Source of the DNA: an uncultured archaeon
Lineage (GTDB): Archaea; Asgardarchaeota; Lokiarchaeia; Sigyniarchaeales; SOKP01
DNA: 23,515 nt
Assembly: GCA_964447495.1 (NCBI GenBank)
Contig: CAYUTF010000051.1
Location: forward strand, 1 to 23,515
Direction: 5' to 3'
Within the stretch, counting starts at the first letter, position 1, and each line of letters begins with the position of its first letter. The position numbers and the translations under genes are program-made. Shown here piece after piece: positions 6,850-17,155 of this stretch. The notes under the pieces are model-generated. The model was given only the letters and a program-made list of their open reading frames with translations, had not been told where the DNA came from and searched no databases.

Positions 6850-7989
6850 TTATATTAAAATTGGATTCTTTGGGACATAAGTTATTTGTTCACATTTTTC
6901 TTTTCCAATAATTACGTCATCTTCTAATCGAACACCCCATTCTCCTAGCCAATATAATCCTGGTTCATTAGTATAAACCATATTTTCTTTAAGAGTAAAG
7001 TTATCTGGAATAGATTGACTTATTCTCATTCCAATATCATGGGGTTCAAAACCAAGAGAATGACCTAAACCGTGAAAAAAAAGCTTTAAATGATCAAAAC
7101 CATATTCGGCTAAAGATTCTCTACATTTAATCGCTGGTATGTTATTCTTGGTACCATCAGTATAAAATTGATTGGCAGCTTTTTTTGCTTCAAGAAGTGC
7201 ATTATACGCCTTCATGAATCTGTCTGGTGGGTTTTTACCTATCCAAAAGGTCCAAGTTATATCCGAACACATCTCATCAATTTGTAACCCTGTATCAATC
7301 AATAATACACCGGGTTCTATTTTTTTAGTAGAAGTATTATGATGGGGATCAGCTGAATGAGCTCCTGTCGCTACAATGGCTTCGAATGATGGCTTTCCAA
7401 GTTTCATATATTCATATTCTATTTTTGCTCTCACTTCTCTCTCAGTCATCCCTACTCTGACCCAATCAGATACCGTTTCTAAAATCTCAAGTGTACATTT
7501 ACATGTATTTTTCAAATCTTTTTGTTCCCCTTTAGATTTGACGCTTCTAAGTTCAGATATAATAGGTGCTGAAGAAATGAAATCAGTTTGGGGTGATAAC
7601 TTTTTTACAGAAAAATAATCTCCTGCACGTAAATAATCCGCATATGCCGTTCCTTCAAAACTTAGAATATTCTCGCCATAATTTAATGCTATTCGCGGTT
7701 TTCTTAAGATATCTTTAAGTTTTGTAATTAAGTCATCAGATGATTTATATGCAATTACTTTCGCATCAACAGCTTTATCTTTAAGAGACTTTTGAATCAT
7801 AGGCGCTTCCATTTCAACAGCTAAGATAAGGTGATTGCCATCTTGTGCAACGTAAACGTAATTTCGGGCATGGGAACTTACTCCTAACATAAACCGCGAG
7901 TTAATATCACTATCTTCATTGCATATTATTAACCATCCATCAGCATCAATTTTTTCAAGAATTTGTTGCGCTCTCTCGAATTTATTCAT
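6850..7989 (-). CDS. Xaa-Pro peptidase family (M24B) metallopeptidase
   Basis: LRSVKS, ADPHH, LLIDTG...SDITWT, HGLGHSLG..PHD, TNEPGLY and GVRLEDD metal-binding motifs. Confidence 0.93.
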   Translation of the reverse strand: MNKFERAQQILEKIDADGWLIICNEDSDINSRFMLGVSSHARNYVYVAQDGNHLILAVEMEAPMIQKSLKDKAVDAKVIAYKSSDDLITKLKDILRKPRIALNYGENILSFEGTAYADYLRAGDYFSVKKLSPQTDFISSAPIISELRSVKSKGEQKDLKNTCKCTLEILETVSDWVRVGMTEREVRAKIEYEYMKLGKPSFEAIVATGAHSADPHHNTSTKKIEPGVLLIDTGLQIDEMCSDITWTFWIGKNPPDRFMKAYNALLEAKKAANQFYTDGTKNNIPAIKCRESLAEYGFDHLKLFFHGLGHSLGFEPHDIGMRISQSIPDNFTLKENMVYTNEPGLYWLGEWGVRLEDDVIIGKEKCEQITYVPKNPILI

Positions 7990-8191
7990 TTTTAATCGTC
8001 ATTAAATTGTTATTGATATAGATTCTCGAAATATCTCTATATTTACTTTTTAAAATGAATATTTCTAAATAAAATAATATGCATTTTCTGTACCATCTAG
8101 AGTTATGACAAGAAGAGAATTTAAAACGTTTAAATATATTTAGTAAACTAAATTCTATGTATTATACAATTAAATAATTAAACTGACTAAA

Positions 8192-9730
8192 ATGAAACTA
8201 AGAGTCAAAACAATTAATTTTGAAACAGGAAACACTAAGGATGTCGTAATAAATAAAAAGGATGCCCAAGAATTGGGCCAAAAGGCAGGAGAGCGTGTTT
8301 ATATAAAAAACATTAAAGCTACCTCTCTTGAGAATAAATATTGGGTAGCTATAATTCAGATTGATTATTCAAATTCAATTGTAAAACCCGGCGAAATTGG
8401 AATTTTTATTGATATTCTTAGAGAGAAAAAAGAGCTTATTGATGGAGCAGTTATTTCAGTAAAACCAGCAGATCCACCTGATTCGTTTAGATTTATAAAA
8501 AAGAAAATTAATGGAAAGAAATTATCAAGCGAGGAGATAAATAGCATAATTGCAGATGCGGTATCGGGATCTCTATCTAAAATTGATTTAGCTGCTTTTA
8601 TTACCAGTGTATCAATAAATGGAATGGATAATGAAGAAATGACGGCACTCACTTTATCAGAAGTAAGAAGCGGAGATGTATTCTATTTCGGAATGGATGT
8701 ATATGATAAACACAGTACGGGAGGCGTCCCAGGCAATAAAGTATCCCTAATTATCGTTCCAATTGTGGCTGCTGCTGGTTTAACGATTCCAAAATCATCT
8801 ACTAGAGCAATAACCTCACCATCAGGAACAGCAGATTCTATGGAGACCTTAGCCCCAGTGGCTTTTAAGTCAGATCAACTAAAAGAGATCGTATCGAAAG
8901 AGAATGCATGCATAATTTGGGGAGGTGCTCTTAATACCTCGCCTGCTGATAATATCTTAATTGAAATTGAGAGACCATTACATATGGATCCTATTGGATT
9001 AATGATCCCTTCTATTCTAACTAAGAAGCTTTCCTTAGGTGTGAAGAAACTCGTATTGGATATCCCTGTTGGTCAAGGAACAAAATTTTCTACTCCGGAT
9101 GATGGAAAACAGTTTGCCTATATATTTAAAGAAATAGCTAGAAATGTCGGTATAGAGGCTGAGTGCGCTTTAACGCTCGCACATCAACCAATTGGTCATG
9201 CTATAGGACCAGCCTTAGAAGCAAAGGAAGCATTGAAATTATTAATGGACTATGACGCAGGACCTAACTCTTTAATTGAAAAATCTACAGAATTAGCGGG
9301 GATTCTTCTTGAAATGGGTGGTAAAGCACAGAAGGGGAAAGGACAAACTTTAGCGAAAGAAATCTTAAAATCAGGAAAAGCTTATGAGAAAATGAAGAAA
9401 ATAATTCAAGCTCAAGGGGGTAATCCCGAAATAAAACCTGATGATATTAAACTTGGACCCCATATTAAAGAGTTCTATACTACCAAAGAAGGGCATATTA
9501 CTGAAGTGAATAATGCTTTAATTAACCAAATTGCAAAAGCAGCGGGTTGTCCTCATTCTAAAAGCGCTGGGGTAGAACTCTTTAAAAAACAGGGAGCAAG
9601 AATAAAACAAGGAGATTTAATATTTAGAATTTATTCTGATAGCCAAAATCGATTGAAAAAAGCAGAGAAAATCTATAACTCTACAGGGGGCCCAATAATC
9701 TTAGGTGGAATGATGATTGAGAGAATATGA
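8192..9730 (+). CDS. deoA: AMP phosphorylase (archaeal thymidine phosphorylase family)
   Basis: Extra N-terminal domain, DKHSTGGVPGNK, PKSSTRAITSPSGTAD, QPIGHAIGPALEA; 512 aa is typical of archaeal AMPpase; TGA stop after ...MMIERI. Confidence 0.93.
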   Translation: MKLRVKTINFETGNTKDVVINKKDAQELGQKAGERVYIKNIKATSLENKYWVAIIQIDYSNSIVKPGEIGIFIDILREKKELIDGAVISVKPADPPDSFRFIKKKINGKKLSSEEINSIIADAVSGSLSKIDLAAFITSVSINGMDNEEMTALTLSEVRSGDVFYFGMDVYDKHSTGGVPGNKVSLIIVPIVAAAGLTIPKSSTRAITSPSGTADSMETLAPVAFKSDQLKEIVSKENACIIWGGALNTSPADNILIEIERPLHMDPIGLMIPSILTKKLSLGVKKLVLDIPVGQGTKFSTPDDGKQFAYIFKEIARNVGIEAECALTLAHQPIGHAIGPALEAKEALKLLMDYDAGPNSLIEKSTELAGILLEMGGKAQKGKGQTLAKEILKSGKAYEKMKKIIQAQGGNPEIKPDDIKLGPHIKEFYTTKEGHITEVNNALINQIAKAAGCPHSKSAGVELFKKQGARIKQGDLIFRIYSDSQNRLKKAEKIYNSTGGPIILGGMMIERI

Positions 9731-9754
9731 TTACATTTAGCTAATGATTTAGAA

Positions 9755-9768
9755 TTTTATTTTTTTTT
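9755..9768 (+). terminator. Oligo-T terminator after AMP phosphorylase
   Basis: TTTTATTTTTTTTT about 25 nt after the stop. Confidence 0.45.
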
Positions 9769-9975
9769 AAAATTTACATTTATTATAGATAGAAGAGAAT
9801 ACCGGCATCTTCAATCTAGTTATCCTAAATTATCTAAGCTGAATGAATTAAATTTGGAAACGTATTACAACTTTAAACTCTAATTTTTTAAAATATTTTC
9901 TTGGAAGAAGATAACATTCTAATAGTTACCTACTTGTTATTTTTAATAAATACTATAGGCTAATAAATAATAAAA

Positions 9976-11475
9976 ATGGAATTTTCTCCTAAAGAAATCT
10001 ACAATAATTATATTAGTAAAAAAATTGATAGATCAACTCTCATTTCTCAATTAATCTCTATAATCGAAAGCAGTGATAATATAAGCAAAAGAATTAAGAG
10101 TATCGATACTTTAGCTAGTTTAGAAGTAAAAGATAAAAGAGTTTTTAAATTAATCGAGAATCTTTCGATATCTGATTCAAATGAATTTGTTAGATTAAGT
10201 GCATTAAAATATATAAGTAATTATTTTTTGGAATATTCCCTAGAGCCAATGAAATGGGCGTTTTTTCATGAAGAAATTCTACAATGTTTATTAGTAATAG
10301 CTGATACTTTAGGAAGTATCAATGACCCTGCTTCACGGGAATTTCAAATTCTAGTTTTAAAAAACATAGAAATTGAAGAATTTAAAAAACATATCAAATT
10401 AATGCTTGAGAGTGATAATCTTGATGACTTAAATAATAATGAAATATCAGGCATGATTAAAGATTATCTTATCATTAAGGAATTAAAAAGAAAATATGGA
10501 CATATAAATTTTATAGTAAACAACGGTAGAGTCTGTGAATTAGATCTCTCAGATATAAGCAGTCATGTATTTGGTTGGAATGCAATAAAGAAATTTCCTG
10601 ATTTTATAAGTGAATTGAAATTCTTGAAGGTTTTAGATCTGAAATTCAATAGATTAATAAACATTCCTGAAATATTAGGTGCATTAGTTAATTTAGAGTC
10701 CTTAGACTTAAGTTATAATAAAATTAAAAAACTACCTGATTCAATTGGCTTATTGAATTCACTTCATACTTTGAAATTAAGATACAATCAACTAAAATCT
10801 ATACCAAACTCAATTAGTAAGATTCAAAATCTAAAAAAATTCGATTTAAGATCTAATCAGTTAAATTCACTCCCAAATTCCTTAAATGAAATATTTAGTC
10901 TTGAAGAATTAGATTTGCATGGTAATAATTTAAAAAGTTTCAATATTAATTTACCTTCATTGACAACTTTGCATTACCTAGAATTAGGATTAAATCATTT
11001 AGATAAAATACCCGATTGGGTTAAAAATATTAAAAATTTAGTGAAATTAGGATTAGGAGGGAATAAATTAAAAATCCTTCCTGATTGGATTGGGTTATTG
11101 CAATCCCTCGAGGAATTACATATATATGATAATGAGCTCGTAACACTCCCAGAGACTATCGGCAAATTAAAGAATTTGCATGAGTTAAGTTTGTGGAATA
11201 ACAATCTCTCCTCTCTTCCACAATCTTTCTCTTCATTATCAAAATTAAAAGTATTAAATTTAAGTTGGAATAATTTTGATGAACTTCCCACTTGGATTGG
11301 CTCACTTAAATCTCTTGAAACATTGAGCTTATGGGGAAATAAATTAGAGAATCTTCCGAAATCTTTATCTCAATTGAGTTCCTTAAGGATATTGGATTTA
11401 AACTTTAATAAAATAAGTATTATCCCAGATTTTTTAAGACAACTAGAAAAAGAAGGATTAATTATTTATAAGTAA
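9976..11475 (+). CDS. Leucine-rich repeat protein with an N-terminal HEAT-like helical domain (~12 LRRs of 23 aa)
   Basis: Repeats LxxLxLxxNxLxxLPxxIxxL; N-terminal LIENLSISDSNEFVR...MKWAFFHE. Confidence 0.92.
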   Translation: MEFSPKEIYNNYISKKIDRSTLISQLISIIESSDNISKRIKSIDTLASLEVKDKRVFKLIENLSISDSNEFVRLSALKYISNYFLEYSLEPMKWAFFHEEILQCLLVIADTLGSINDPASREFQILVLKNIEIEEFKKHIKLMLESDNLDDLNNNEISGMIKDYLIIKELKRKYGHINFIVNNGRVCELDLSDISSHVFGWNAIKKFPDFISELKFLKVLDLKFNRLINIPEILGALVNLESLDLSYNKIKKLPDSIGLLNSLHTLKLRYNQLKSIPNSISKIQNLKKFDLRSNQLNSLPNSLNEIFSLEELDLHGNNLKSFNINLPSLTTLHYLELGLNHLDKIPDWVKNIKNLVKLGLGGNKLKILPDWIGLLQSLEELHIYDNELVTLPETIGKLKNLHELSLWNNNLSSLPQSFSSLSKLKVLNLSWNNFDELPTWIGSLKSLETLSLWGNKLENLPKSLSQLSSLRILDLNFNKISIIPDFLRQLEKEGLIIYK

Positions 11476-11523
11476 CCTAAAATCGCCCTATAGTAAAGCT
11501 TCATTAACAATATATAAAAAAAC

Positions 11524-12903
11524 ATGGAAATCAATCCAAGAAATTTATATAAAGATTACACCAAAAAGATCATTGATAAAGATTCACTTATCAAACAGCT
11601 GATTGCTTTAATCGAAAATAGTAGGAATATACATATAAGAATTCAAAGTATTCGAATTATTGGCCAATTAGATTTAAGTTCTAATGATTATTTAATAAAA
11701 CCGAGTAAACTTTATCATATATTAGAGAATCTCTTGATCTCTGATTCAAATGATCAAATAAGAAATGAGGCAGCAATCCTCCTTAACAAATATTATAAAA
11801 AAATCTCATTATCCCCAATGAAATGGGCTCTACTTCATGATGAGTCTCCTGAATGTTTAAAAACCATCCATGCATCTCTAATTGAAATTATAGGTGAATT
11901 AGAAAGAAGTAATGATGAAGAAACAGTTTCTATTCTAAAAAATGAATTATTTTCAATCGACGATAAGGATTTTAAAATTAATATTCACCAATATATCACA
12001 TTTGGAAATAAAAAATTTTTAACAAAGAGTAAAATCACCGAAATTTTAATAAATTTTTTCACGATAGTATATCTAAGAAAGATATTTTGGCGTCTAAAAT
12101 ATCGTGTGATAAATTCTAGGGTTGTCGAATTAGATTTTAGCTTTAAAGTTCTAACTAAATTACCTGAAGCTCTAAAATTTCTTAAATCACTCAAAAGATT
12201 GACTTTGAAATATAATCAAATCTTAGAGATTCCTGATTGGATTGGTGAACTCACATCTTTAGAATATTTAAACTTAAATATTAACAATGTTCCAAAATTA
12301 CCAAATTCATTTTCCAATTTGCATCATCTAAATGAATTATTATTATGGAAAAACGAGCTAGAAACTCTTCCGGAAGGTATAGGTAATTTAACGCAATTAA
12401 GAAAGTTGAATTTACGCCTCAATCAAATAAAAAAATTACCAAATACGTTAACTAACTTAAGCAATCTTGTAGAATTGGATTTACATGATAATAGATTGCA
12501 AATTCTCCCAGAATCAATAACTCTCTTAAAATCTTTAGAAAAATTAAACTTAAGTTGGAACATATTGCACGAACTTCCCGATTCTATACAATATTTATCG
12601 TCATTAAAGATTTTAGATATAGAAAGAAACGAATTGCGGTCAATTCCCTCCTCATTTGGTAATCTTAGCTCACTAGAAGTGCTAAATTTAAGTGAAAATC
12701 AATTAGTAGAATTACCCGAGACAATAGGAAGATTAAATTCTCTAAGAATTTTAAATTTATCTCGAAATGAACTAAAATACCTACCACATACATTAAGTTC
12801 TCTTCAATTACTGGAAGAGCTATATTTAGTAGATAATCCTTTAGAAGAGATTCCGTCTACCTTACGAAAATTAGAGGATAATGGTCTTAAAATTTTCATT
12901 TAG
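11524..12903 (+). CDS. Leucine-rich repeat protein, tandem paralog of the upstream gene (~10 LRRs)
   Basis: Same architecture: MEINP, ILENLLISDSNDQIR, MKWALLHDE, 23-aa LRRs, C-terminal cap LRKLEDNGLKIFI. Confidence 0.92.
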   Translation: MEINPRNLYKDYTKKIIDKDSLIKQLIALIENSRNIHIRIQSIRIIGQLDLSSNDYLIKPSKLYHILENLLISDSNDQIRNEAAILLNKYYKKISLSPMKWALLHDESPECLKTIHASLIEIIGELERSNDEETVSILKNELFSIDDKDFKINIHQYITFGNKKFLTKSKITEILINFFTIVYLRKIFWRLKYRVINSRVVELDFSFKVLTKLPEALKFLKSLKRLTLKYNQILEIPDWIGELTSLEYLNLNINNVPKLPNSFSNLHHLNELLLWKNELETLPEGIGNLTQLRKLNLRLNQIKKLPNTLTNLSNLVELDLHDNRLQILPESITLLKSLEKLNLSWNILHELPDSIQYLSSLKILDIERNELRSIPSSFGNLSSLEVLNLSENQLVELPETIGRLNSLRILNLSRNELKYLPHTLSSLQLLEELYLVDNPLEEIPSTLRKLEDNGLKIFI

Positions 12904-12924
12904 TTCCATTGATCATCATATATT

Positions 12925-14682
12925 TTATTGCGTTTCATATAATTGATTGATTTCTTTTACTGTTGTTATGTCTTTAGGACCCTTTTCCGGGCGTAGACGT
13001 TGAAAAACGGGGAATCTCATTGAATATCCGAGTGATGAGAATTTATCACTTATTGTAATTTCATCTCCAATTATCTCAATAACTACTTCTGGTTTTAACC
13101 ATTGATCGGGTGTATCTTCACAAATAACATTAGGAGATTTTCGAGGAATTTTAAATTGTTCCATCTCAGTCATCAACATTTCCATGATCTCATCCGTCCA
13201 TCCTGAAGCGATTCGAGTAAAGGCTTCGAATTTATCATTTTCAGGATCATAAACGGCACCAATATATGTCCCATACCATCCTTTTCGTCTTCCCCGTCCA
13301 AAATTTGCTCCTACTAATACAACATCAATCGAATCTTTTAATTTTCCCCCTTCCAAACCTTTTAATTTAATCCAGATGAAACCACGATTACCTGCTTGAT
13401 ATATCGAGTCTTCTTTTATAGATTTTGCCATAATTCCTTCAGCACCAGCACTTCTAGCCTCATTAAAGAAATCTAATAATTCCTCAGTAGAATTAATTAG
13501 TACTGATTTAGCCAGTTGTAATTCATCTTTTTGTGTAACAATGCGTTCTAGCGTTTTGCGTCGTTCAGGAAGGGGTTTATTAATAAAAGATTCCTCTTCC
13601 AATTTTAATAGATCAAATAGGAATAAACAAACCGGAATTTCTTTTACCATTTCATCAACATCATATTTTCTTCTTCTTTTGCTTAACACTTGAAATGGCA
13701 ACATTTTTTCATAAAAGGCATCCATAGCAACAACTTCCCCTTCGAGGATAACTTTTTTCGCTTTTATATTCTCAATAATAACCTGGCATACATCAGGATA
13801 TTGATCAGATATTTCGAGTAACCTTCTTGAAAATAATTGGATATTATCTTCCTGCTTATGTATTTGTAGTCTTTCCCCATCTAATTTATATTCTGCCGTA
13901 AATGGTGTCCCTAATTTTACAGCGATCTCTCCATAAGGCAAGCGTGATGCCAACATACTTCTTATAGGTGTGCCATACTCTATCTTAACTTCTTTTACTG
14001 ACTCTATTCCCTTTTCAGCTAACAATTGAGTTATATCACCTAAATCAGGGTGTAAATTATACGCATTTTCAATGTAATCTCGATTTTCTTTTTTATCCGT
14101 AAATCCTAAGGCTAAACCATCTATAATTGTTAGAGTTGATACTCCTACCCGGAGAGTGGATGTAATAATTCGTAAGATATACTTCGTTTCTAAAGGGGTA
14201 CTTTTACTCATAAGACCTCTTAACGTAGCTAATTTTGTTTCTTGGGATCCTGACCCTTCTGTAGTAGATATTTTTTGAAGAGCTTTATATAAATCTGAGA
14301 TTTCTAATTTTGATTCCATTGCTTCATTAGCTTGATTAAAGTCGAAAAGAGATTTCTGTTTTTTCTTTTTTGCCAAAATTAATTCCGCTGTTGCGCCAAT
14401 ATCACCCTTTTTAATTAAAATTTGTTTAATATTTTTCTTGTCTATACCTGAATGAAGAGAAAGCGCTTCAATAATCATCTTTTCTGCAATTCCAATCTTA
14501 GGGGCCTGTTTTATGTTTGAAACTAATTGACCTTGTAATAAGTAAATAATCTTACTTAAATCTTCAAAATTTTTACTTATCTTTATGTGTCTAAAAAATT
14601 GTGAAAGATAATCAATCATCTCAAGTCGTTTTGAGGTGGATTCTAATTCTGAAAAAAGTATCGCTAAATTTTGGAATTTCAT
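12925..14682 (-). CDS. lig: ATP-dependent DNA ligase (archaeal/eukaryotic type)
   Basis: Motif I EYKLDGER, LEGEVV, LFLFDLL, EGIMAK, WIKLK, motif VI SMRFPVFQRLRPEK; N-terminal DNA-binding domain. Confidence 0.97.
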   Translation of the reverse strand: MKFQNLAILFSELESTSKRLEMIDYLSQFFRHIKISKNFEDLSKIIYLLQGQLVSNIKQAPKIGIAEKMIIEALSLHSGIDKKNIKQILIKKGDIGATAELILAKKKKQKSLFDFNQANEAMESKLEISDLYKALQKISTTEGSGSQETKLATLRGLMSKSTPLETKYILRIITSTLRVGVSTLTIIDGLALGFTDKKENRDYIENAYNLHPDLGDITQLLAEKGIESVKEVKIEYGTPIRSMLASRLPYGEIAVKLGTPFTAEYKLDGERLQIHKQEDNIQLFSRRLLEISDQYPDVCQVIIENIKAKKVILEGEVVAMDAFYEKMLPFQVLSKRRRKYDVDEMVKEIPVCLFLFDLLKLEEESFINKPLPERRKTLERIVTQKDELQLAKSVLINSTEELLDFFNEARSAGAEGIMAKSIKEDSIYQAGNRGFIWIKLKGLEGGKLKDSIDVVLVGANFGRGRRKGWYGTYIGAVYDPENDKFEAFTRIASGWTDEIMEMLMTEMEQFKIPRKSPNVICEDTPDQWLKPEVVIEIIGDEITISDKFSSLGYSMRFPVFQRLRPEKGPKDITTVKEINQLYETQ

Positions 14683-14770
14683 TTAGATTTCCTATTTTAC
14701 ATTCGTTATTGAAAATAATAAAAATAACTAGATTTATAAATTATATTTAAAAAAATAGGAAAAAATGATT

Positions 14771-15643
14771 TTATAATAATTTTGAAAGTTCCACAAATTT
14801 CCTTTGTATTTCTGCTTTCACATTAGTAGCTATTCCTGCAAATGAATTTGCAGTGAACTTTATTTTACCTTCGGATATTGTGAATTCACAAACTTTACCA
14901 TCCATATGTTCTACAGCATATATGCCATTTTCTTTTTTAGAGATCCAAATATCATTATAATGATCTAAAATTCCAATTAAAACAAAGGCAATTTTAGCTT
15001 GAATATTCACATTTAGCGGCAATTTGGTGGGGGATGATGGTTTTGGCATAAGTGTTGATTTTTCTTCAACTTTAGGTTCTGATTTAACGATTGGTAATTC
15101 TTTTGATTTATTATCATATTCTGTGGCTGCGAGGGGTATCTCCGATTTAATCACTTGAGTCGGTTTAGATTGAATAACAGGTACTGGTTCTGCAGGTACT
15201 GCTTCTTTCTTTGGCATAGGTTTGGGTTCTGGTTTCGCAACTGGTTTTACCGGAGCTGTTTCTAGATCTTTAGCGGAGTAAGAAATTATGAAATTGTCTA
15301 ATTCTTTGATCTCTTTATTAAATAAAACTTGAAGTTCTTCATTATATCTGTCTGTTTCTGGGTCTCTTCCAATCTTTCTTTGATCAATTTCCTTTAATCT
15401 TTTAATATCTCGACCTACAATGCTTTTACCTACTGTATAACCGTGTCCTTTCAATGACTCAGCTTGTCTCAATGCGGTTCTTCGAGCAACTAGACCTTGA
15501 TTCATCCCATACCATAAATATAAAGACGATGAACCTTCATCAAGAATGATAATATTTTTATCTCCTGTAAGATTCTCTTTATCCCATGCTATAGGCTGAC
15601 TGACACCCCCCTCTAAAACATCAAACATTAACGCGTATTCCAT
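14771..15643 (-). CDS. Gelsolin/villin-like domain protein with a Pro/Lys-rich linker and an unknown C-terminal domain
   Basis: NLTGDKNIIILDEGSSSLYLWYGMNQGLVARRTALRQAESL matches the gelsolin repeat consensus (LxxxDxxILD...xxWxG...xxxA...AxxL); linker APVKPVAKPEPKPMPKKEAVPAEPVP. Confidence 0.7.
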   Translation of the reverse strand: MEYALMFDVLEGGVSQPIAWDKENLTGDKNIIILDEGSSSLYLWYGMNQGLVARRTALRQAESLKGHGYTVGKSIVGRDIKRLKEIDQRKIGRDPETDRYNEELQVLFNKEIKELDNFIISYSAKDLETAPVKPVAKPEPKPMPKKEAVPAEPVPVIQSKPTQVIKSEIPLAATEYDNKSKELPIVKSEPKVEEKSTLMPKPSSPTKLPLNVNIQAKIAFVLIGILDHYNDIWISKKENGIYAVEHMDGKVCEFTISEGKIKFTANSFAGIATNVKAEIQRKFVELSKLL

Positions 15644-15955
15644 GACTAAAACTCAACAATATATCTATCAATCTAAAATTTTGTTATAAAATTAATAGGT
15701 TTAATAAATATAAAAATTAAGTTTTTTATTGAATCTTTTTTTCTTAACTATAAATTTTATAAGAGTATTATAAAAATAGGGTATATTTTGTTAAAAATTA
15801 ATCTAAATATCTATTATTGTAGAAGCCTACATAGGTTAAATATGAAATAATGGAGTAATATTATAACACAAAAATTATATTATATTAAGTAATAAGATAA
15901 ATAAATCGATCTTACATTAACGGCAGATTAAGTATAAACATTTATAGAATCAAAT

Positions 15956-17059
15956 ATGGTAAAGAATATGGAAATTGAAAATTTATTTAGAGATATTTTA
16001 AAAAGATATTCTGCTTATGAGACGGGGGAAATTCCTATCGGAGATAATTGGCTCTTATTAGATACCAACGAAAATCCTTATCCTCCAGTTCCCGAGATTT
16101 TAGATGATCTAAGAAAGGCAATTGAAAATTCAAATATGTTACGAAAATATCCGGATCCTTTGGCACTCGAAGTACGTAAGGCAATATTGAATCAACTTTT
16201 AAGGGATGAGGAAACCTTAACTAATCGGAATACAGTTTTTGTTGGTAATGGTTCCAATGACATTTTAGATATACTTTTTAAAGTTTTTATCGATCCTGGA
16301 GATGATGTAATTATCTTTTATCCAAGCAATGGAATCTATAAAACTTTAGCGACATTATATAATGCAAAAATTACTGAAATCAAATTAAATGAAGATTTTT
16401 CTATTCCTGAAGAAGTTTTTAATGCCAAGGGAAAAATATTGATTATTAACTCTCCTAATGATCCAAATGGAAAATCTTATGATAATGATCAGATCTTAAA
16501 AATCTGCCAGCATTTCCCCGGAATTGTAATAATTGATGAAGAATATGCTGATTTTTCAAATAAAACTTGTGTTTCCTTACTAAAAAACAATAATAACCTT
16601 ATTGTTGTGCGCTCCTTTTCGAAAGCTTTTTCTTTAGCGGCTTTTAGAATAGGGTTTGCTTTAGCTGATGCTCAAATAATAAAAGAAATGAATAAAGTAA
16701 AATTACCGTTTAATACTAATTATTTAGCTCAAATCGCAGCATTATCTTGTATCAAACATAAAAATAAAGTTTTTGCGCAAAATGAACAAATATTATCCCA
16801 AAGAAAGAGATTAACGGATGAATTAAATACATATGAAGGAGTAAGCGTATTACCCTCTGATGCAAATTTCATTTTTATTAAATTTGATGATAAATCCAAA
16901 ACTCTTAAATTTATTTGGGATTTAAAAGAATCTAAAATACTCTCTCGCCATTTTAGTAAACCTGGTTTGTACAATTATATTCGAGTGACAATTGGGACCG
17001 AAGAAGAAAATAGTAAATTTTTATATGAATTTGAAAAAATTGCTCAAAAGTACTTATAA
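15956..17059 (+). CDS. hisC: Histidinol-phosphate aminotransferase (PLP, class II)
   Basis: LDTNENPYPP, RKYPDP, GNGSNDI, SPNDPNG, IDEEY, RSFSKAFSLAAFRIG, PSDANF and IRVTIGTEEEN motifs. Confidence 0.88.
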   Translation: MVKNMEIENLFRDILKRYSAYETGEIPIGDNWLLLDTNENPYPPVPEILDDLRKAIENSNMLRKYPDPLALEVRKAILNQLLRDEETLTNRNTVFVGNGSNDILDILFKVFIDPGDDVIIFYPSNGIYKTLATLYNAKITEIKLNEDFSIPEEVFNAKGKILIINSPNDPNGKSYDNDQILKICQHFPGIVIIDEEYADFSNKTCVSLLKNNNNLIVVRSFSKAFSLAAFRIGFALADAQIIKEMNKVKLPFNTNYLAQIAALSCIKHKNKVFAQNEQILSQRKRLTDELNTYEGVSVLPSDANFIFIKFDDKSKTLKFIWDLKESKILSRHFSKPGLYNYIRVTIGTEEENSKFLYEFEKIAQKYL

Positions 17060-17155
17060 ATGTCTTTTATTTTAACAAACTTTTTTATTTCTTTAATTTA
17101 AATTATTTATTATAAGAGAAGACATATCTATACTAAATCATATCGATCTACGGAG

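Noticed and set aside
9786-9880. Intergenic hairpin (TAGAT-A-GAAGA...TCTTC-A-ATCTA) and a faint LRR-like reading (PKLSKLNELNL) upstream of the first LRR gene
   Set aside because: Weak AT-rich stem without an AUGA/GA core, so not a SECIS for the deoA TGA; the LRR resemblance is too short to support a pseudogene call
9976-12903. Diversity-generating retroelement or recent repeat exchange acting on the LRR genes
   Set aside because: No reverse transcriptase and no near-identical template/variable repeat pair seen; the repeats are diverged at nucleotide level
15644-15955. Possible ncRNA or replication origin in the AT-rich divergent intergenic region
   Set aside because: No GC-rich stem, tRNA fold or ORB-like repeat seen and no cdc6 nearby; best explained as divergent promoters
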